Source of the DNA: Polyangiaceae bacterium
GTDB lineage: Bacteria; Myxococcota_A; Polyangia; Polyangiales; Polyangiaceae
NCBI GenBank assembly: GCA_044222475.1
Contig: JBGANF010000201.1
Coordinates: 1-10,060 of the forward strand
DNA length: 10,060 nucleotides
Direction: 5' to 3'
In this document: positions 8,199-10,060 of the stretch, one piece after another
Position numbering within the stretch: position 1 is the stretch's first letter
How the letters are laid out: every line of letters starts with the position of its first letter
The notes under the pieces: generated by a model
Told to the model about the DNA's origin: nothing
Seen by the model: only the letters and a program-made list of their open reading frames with translations
Database searches by the model: none
Translations under genes and position numbers: made by a program

Positions 8199-10060
8199 AT
8201 GAGCAACGACGAGCGCGAACGCTACAGCCCCGCGACCCTCGAACCCAAGTGGCAGCGCTACTGGGACGAGCACCAGACCTTCGCCGCCAAGCGCACGCCC
8301 GGTCGGCCCAAGGCGTACATCCTCGACATGTTTCCGTACCCGTCGGGCTCGGGCCTCCACGTGGGCCACCCCGAGGGCTACACCGCGACCGACATCGTCG
8401 CGCGGTACAAGCGGATGCGCGGCGTCGACGTGCTCCACCCCATGGGCTGGGACGCGTTCGGCCTGCCGGCCGAGCAGTACGCGATCCAAACCGGGACGCA
8501 CCCCCGCGCGACGACGCTGAAGAACATCGACACGTTCCGCCGCCAGCTCAAGATGCTCGGCTTCAGCTACGACTGGGGCCGCGAGATCGACACGACCGAT
8601 CCGGGCTACGTCCGCTGGACGCAGTGGATCTTCCTCCAGCTCTTCAAGAAGGGCCTCGCGTTCCAGGATCGAGCGTCGGTCAACTGGTGCGCCGGGGCTC
8701 GGCACCGTCCCCAGCGAGCCCAACCAACTACGTCGTGCCGGCCTTCGAGCCGAACTACAGTGAAGCGAAGGCGTTCGTCGACCAGTTCGCGACCAAGCGC
8801 CACGCCACAGTCTTGGTGGAACGTCCCTACGTCAAGACTGCCGGTGGGGCCGAAGGACAAGCAGCGCAACTGGATCGGGCGGAGCGAAGGCGCGAACGTC
8901 GACTTCGCGGTCGCCGGTCATGACGTGACGATCAGCGTCTTCACCACGCGCGTCGACACGCTGCCGGGCGCGACCTACGTCGTGCTCGCGCCCGAGCACC
9001 CGCTCGTCGCCCAGCTGACGACGGCGGCGAAGAAGGCCGAGGTCGACGCGTACGTCGCGGCCACGAAGAAGAAGAGCGACATCGATCGCTCCGACATGAC
9101 CAAGAAGAAGACCGGCGTCGCGCTCGGCGTGAACGCGATCAACCCGGTCAACGGCGACGCGATCCCGATCTGGATCGGCGACTACGTCATCGGCACGTAC
9201 GGCACCGGCGCCGTCATGGCCGTCCCGGCGCACGACGAGCGCGATCACGCGTTCGCGACGACCTACGGTCTCCCGATCGTGCAGGTCATCGCGAAGAAGG
9301 CCGGCGAAACGCTCGACGTCGCGAAGGAAGCCTACTGCGACGACGGCGTCACCCACGCCGCGCGCACGAACGCCGGCGTCCCCGACGGCACGCCCAGCGC
9401 CGAGGCGCGCCGCGCGACCGCCGCGTGGCTCCAGGCTCGAGGCAAGGGCAGCCCGAAGGTGACCTATCGCCTCCGCGACTGGGTCTTCTCGCGTCAGCGC
9501 TACTGGGGCGAGCCGATCCCGATCTACTTCCCGATCGACTGCGACGGAGACCCGCGCAAGGACGGCGCGAAGGTCACCATCCACTACGATCAGCCGATCG
9601 CGGTCGACGAGAAGGATCTCCCGCTCCGCCTGCCTGACCTCGAGGATTTCAAGCCGAGCGGCGATCCCGAAGGTCCGCTGGCGCGCGCGCGCGATTGGCG
9701 GTTCTTCCAGAAGGACGGCAAGTGGTTCGCCCGCGAGACGAACACGATGCCGCAGTGGGCCGGCTCGTGCTGGTACTACCTGCGGTTCCTCGATCCCAAG
9801 AACGACACCGCGGCGTTCTCGCCCGAGTCGTACGACGCGTGGATGCCGGTCGACCTCTACGTGGGCGGCTCGGAGCATTCGGTGCTGCACCTGCTGTACG
9901 CGCGGTTCTGGCACAAGGTGCTGTTCGATCTCGGCATCGTGAAGCACCCCGAGCCGTTCCAGAAGCTCGTCCACCAGGGGATGATCCTGGGCGAAAACAA
10001 CGAGAAGATGAGCAAGGCGCGCGGCAACGTCGTCAACCCCGACGACGTCGTGAAGTCGCA
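8199..10060 (+). CDS. leuS: Leucine--tRNA ligase, 3'-truncated by the window, with an anomalous internal segment at about 8691-8861
   Basis: Absent from the ORF track because it has no stop in the window. ATG 8199 opens [22 protein letters not shown], then [15 protein letters not shown] (HIGH motif), [30 protein letters not shown] and [15 protein letters not shown] (CP1 editing domain), [49 protein letters not shown] and KMSKA (10005-10019). All lie in one open frame. Confidence 0.98.
   Translation, partial: MSNDERERYSPATLEPKWQRYWDEHQTFAAKRTPGRPKAYILDMFPYPSGSGLHVGHPEGYTATDIVARYKRMRGVDVLHPMGWDAFGLPAEQYAIQTGTHPRATTLKNIDTFRRQLKMLGFSYDWGREIDTTDPGYVRWTQWIFLQLFKKGLAFQDRASVNWCAGARHRPQRAQPTTSCRPSSRTTVKRRRSSTSSRPSATPQSWWNVPTSRLPVGPKDKQRNWIGRSEGANVDFAVAGHDVTISVFTTRVDTLPGATYVVLAPEHPLVAQLTTAAKKAEVDAYVAATKKKSDIDRSDMTKKKTGVALGVNAINPVNGDAIPIWIGDYVIGTYGTGAVMAVPAHDERDHAFATTYGLPIVQVIAKKAGETLDVAKEAYCDDGVTHAARTNAGVPDGTPSAEARRATAAWLQARGKGSPKVTYRLRDWVFSRQRYWGEPIPIYFPIDCDGDPRKDGAKVTIHYDQPIAVDEKDLPLRLPDLEDFKPSGDPEGPLARARDWRFFQKDGKWFARETNTMPQWAGSCWYYLRFLDPKNDTAAFSPESYDAWMPVDLYVGGSEHSVLHLLYARFWHKVLFDLGIVKHPEPFQKLVHQGMILGENNEKMSKARGNVVNPDDVVKS

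Noticed and set aside
8249..8923. Track ORF of 224 aa as a real overlapping gene, or the anomalous leuS segment as an intein or intron
   Set aside because: Most of the ORF is an off-frame shadow of leuS. The odd segment replaces LeuRS sequence instead of interrupting it, so splicing could not restore the missing residues, and it lacks intein terminal motifs.

Overview
High-GC bacterial DNA with strongly G/C-biased third codon positions. The gene mix (Hanks-type kinase, exported vWA protein, M61-like lipoprotein) suggests a myxobacterium such as Polyangiales; this is inference. The window starts with the 5' end of a minus-strand gene missed by the ORF track (probably fumarylacetoacetate-hydrolase family). 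Seven plus-strand genes follow: NUDIX hydrolase, membrane Ser/Thr kinase, exported vWA protein, calcineurin-like metallophosphoesterase with a membrane C-terminus, HExxH metallopeptidase lipoprotein, YprB/MrfB-like exonuclease, and leucyl-tRNA synthetase (leuS, runs off the end). I saw no CRISPR array, RNA gene or transposase. The most notable observations are: (1) about 57 codons of conserved LeuRS sequence replaced in frame by unrelated sequence, most likely a read or assembly artefact; (2) the same ECF-sigma-like promoter motif (AGAACTTT-N13-CGT) directly upstream of both the kinase and the vWA gene; (3) a long hairpin built of hexamer repeats between NUDIX and kinase; (4) a kinase-vWA-phosphoesterase trio that may be a signalling or conflict module; (5) a degenerate SOS-box-like palindrome in front of the exonuclease. 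The sequence alone does not establish a new system.
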